A stretch of 63,624 nucleotides of DNA, filler included, from Basidiobolus meristosporus CBS 931.73 (Eukaryota > Fungi > Basidiobolomycota): assembly GCA_002104905.1 (NCBI GenBank). It is 4 parts of 4 records of this genome, joined end to end, with 100 filler letters (N's around TTAATTAATTAA, not from the genome) between each part and the next. Parts side by side here need not be neighbours in the genome. Positions count along the whole stretch, not along the records: positions 51,678 to 63,624 come from MCFE01001262.1; 3 more parts are not named here. One strand, given 5' to 3'. The translations under genes and the position numbers were made by a program. This document shows, piece by piece, positions 60,861 to 63,624 of this stretch; the stretch's first letter is position 1; each line of letters starts with the position of its first letter. The notes beneath the pieces were generated by a model that saw only the letters and a program-made list of their open reading frames with translations, searched no databases and had not been told where the DNA came from.

Positions 60861-62954
60861 AGCAACAACAGCAGCAGCAACAACAACAACAGCAACAGCA
60901 ACAGCAAAACAGCACTATTGGCACTCCGCAATCGCCTGCTCAAACACCTGCATCTGGTCCTCAAGTGCGACCCTCAATGCTATCATCACAACCTACACCT
61001 CTACCACAATCTAATAAGCAGCAACCCCAGCAGCCCTCACCCAATACCCATGACTCTCCAGGTCAAAGCACTGTACCCAATGCTTCGGGAACTCAAGATG
61101 GTAATGCGCGCTCTGTGGAAAATCCTGCCAAAGGCCTTGGCAATGTCCCTTCCCTTAATGGTCATAATTCAGACAGTAATGACCAAACTCCGCAGCTAGC
61201 TAACAAAAGTCCGAGTTTACCGAATGCCCCGAAAGTTGCCGTTTCGCCTAACGTAGCCAGTGCTACTCCAATGACGTCTTCTGTCGAGCCAAAAGTTGGT
61301 GGACAATCGAAAAGTGCCCAGTCAAGTCCTCAAATACCACCTAGTGGGACCCCAAAACCTTCGGTAAAACACATTCGTGCGACATGTATTAACTACGATG
61401 ACTAATTCAAGTACCATAGACTGTATCCATGCCTAACACTCCTGCTGCTGATAATGATTCAGGCTCTTCTGTTAAGAACTCTAGCAACCAACCCAAAGAG
61501 CCTGCTGCCAATAGCCAAGCGACAAATCCGAGCTCTGCTAGCAACGATGGGCCCTCTAGTAACCAGTCTAATCCACTTGATATAGATCAGTTCATTATGG
61601 ATGAAGACTTTTCTAGTTTTTTTGGTAACGTCGATGGCGAAAATCTCACTCTGGGAGAAGACATGGATGTTGATTCTTTCGGGAATATGGATTTCTTTTC
61701 AAACATGGGTTTTGTGGGTAACACAGGTAGAGTTTAGCATGACCACAAATATAAATACTGTTGCACGCGATATTAATAGCCTTGTAAAATCAGACAGCCA
61801 AGTGGAGGCTCAGTCTAACGGGCAAGTACTGCAGCTTCATGCTCAGTTAACCGGACATAATAACAAAGTGAGCACTTGCGCTATCTCAAGTAATAGTGAC
61901 TGGCTAGCTAGCGCTGGACATGATAAGAAGGTAAGTTGATGTGTATATCCTTCGTTTCCTTAGAAAGCAACCAACGCGAAATATTAAGGTTATCATCTGG
62001 TCGCTACCTGATAAATCGTTGGCTCATACATTAGACGGACACACCCAGCAAATCACCAATGCACGGTTTAGTCCGGATGATCGACAGCTGTTGGCTACCT
62101 CATCTTACGACAAAACCGTGCGCATTTGGAATGTAGGCGCCTCAAATAAAGCTGAATGTGTTACGATTTTTACCGGTCATACACGTTCAGTTACGGCAGT
62201 TGATTTTTGTCCTATAGCTGGCAGTGATAGTTGCTGTTCTGTTGACGCCGAGGGTGAACTGAAGGTCTGGAATATCTTCACAGGAGTATGTGAGAAAACA
62301 GTTCGACTGGTACGTTGTGCTATTCCTATAATTTGTACCATTTCTAATTATTGGGCTCTATTTCAGTCTAGTGCATCGAAGTACTCGGGATATTCCTCAA
62401 ATCCTGTTCGATACAATCCTCAAGTCGGCACCAAAGCTACGGCTGCTATATCTAATACACTGATATACTTCGATGTGTCTGCCTGCGAGGACAATTCATC
62501 TGCCTCGGATCACATCTCCACTCGTACCTTCTCAACTCAACACACCAAAAACATATTCACCGTGGATTGGTCTCTGGATGGTGCATTCCTTCTAACGGGG
62601 TCTGAGGATCTAATATGTATTTGGGATACTACGACCTTCAAAGTCATACATACACAGCAGCCACAGACAGGAAAGATATCCAGTTGCTGTTTCCTAGCCA
62701 ATGGTAAACCAAATTCTAGCAGCAAGACACCTCGAGTAGCTATTGGGGAATACGAGATCATCTACATTTGGAGTTTTGGTGAAGGCGAATCGAAGTTAAA
62801 AGCAATGCCTGGTGCGCAGAATGGGGTTGTTTCTTGTCTGGCCAGCGGCTATGTGAACGATTCATCGTCGAACGGCAAGAGTCCAGGTATATTTCTAGCG
62901 AGCGCTTCTGGGTCGAAGGATGAAAACCTCAAGGCATGGATTGTTAGCCCTTAA
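58422..62954 (+). CDS. LEUNIG-like transcriptional corepressor, copy B (LUFS + Q-rich + WD40), complete and multi-exon
   Basis: ATG 58422. Exons 58422-58465, 58532-58742, 58811-59317, 59404-59477, 59571-59772, 59923-60118, 60290-60357, 60464-61363, 61420-~61717, ~61796-61930, 61989-62309, 62367-62954. WD40 motifs LASAGHDKK|VIIW, GHTQQITNARFSP, LATSSYDKTVRIW. Confidence 0.9.
59068..60770 (+). repeat. Inverted repeat arm B
   Basis: Reverse complement of 51962-53655 apart from a few SNPs, homopolymer/microsatellite/polyQ length changes and a ~33-bp diverged patch. Confidence 0.92.
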
Positions 62955-63624
62955 CTTATAACAAGCCGTCAATATTATATACGCAAAGATCCAGTTTTTC
63001 AGCTTATCATTCCAGTCACATACTTATACATTTTCTTGTCGATACTAAGTTCTGGACATACTTGTGCCGTGAGCTGTTTTACCAACGCTTTCTAATATCG
63101 TTTGTTATCTTTGATCGCCTGTTCTACATACATTCGTCGTATTAGGTATAGCCTTAGCAGCCATCCACCAATTCATCTTTCGTTTTGTACTACTTTTGAG
63201 CAGTATTAATCCTTTCATCTATATCTTTACTCGACTTCTACTCTAGACTCTTGACCTCATTTCACAATTAATCCACCACTAAAGTACTTTTGCTGGTTTT
63301 GCCAAAATATACCATAGCATTGGCGTACGCTCTTTTGGCGCGAGGGAAGGGAGTGTCATATCCGGACAAGAATTGTTCAAACCGATATCTGCCGGCGAAT
63401 CAACAGGGCTCCTTCAGCGGAATTTGTTTCCTGATGGAAAGCCCGACAGCTTGAAGATGTGTAGCTGCACTGCTTATGCTATAAACAGCCCAATGGTACC
63501 AACAAAAATTCCAAGGATGGATTTTATGTACTGATTACCAGATCGATCCGGATGACAGTCAAAAATATTGGTTAATCAGGATTGAAATGGATGCCACACG
63601 TAATGAAAAATCATAGTCACAGGT

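Noticed and set aside
63280-63535. ATG-less open frame STFAGFAKIYHSIG...SGQELFKPIS
   Set aside because: Could be an exon or remnant, but no start, splice context or family could be supported at the window edge.

Overview
Eukaryotic, intron-containing fungal DNA. An early-diverging lineage (Mucoromycota/Zoopagomycota-like) is inferred from gene style and transposon content, not proven. The window is four contigs joined by artificial 100-bp linkers (N44-TTAATTAATTAA-N44), so adjacency across gaps is unverified. Contig 1 (1-12823) holds a tandem pair of non-LTR units: a gag-only unit and a gag-APE-RT LINE. They share a structured 3' end and are separated by TTAGGG repeats, and LINE ORF1 and ORF2 are in frame across a single TGA-CTA stop. 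A near-intact Ty3/Gypsy chromovirus follows. Contig 2 (12924-41362) is a nested, CpG-depleted transposon graveyard (CACTA-like, Gypsy, Copia, solo LTRs, minisatellite). Contig 3 (41463-51577) carries a >2700-aa secreted Ser/Thr/His/Lys-rich repeat protein. Contig 4 (51678-63624) has two head-to-head LEUNIG-like genes (LUFS/LisH + Q-rich, with WD40 visible in the complete copy). They are old paralogs but share a ~1.7-kb, ~99% identical inverted segment, introns included, around a 5.4-kb core containing an SDR gene. Top candidates: (1) a possible invertible, domain-swapping transcription-regulator locus; (2) a possible telomere-associated HeT-A/TART-like retroelement pair.
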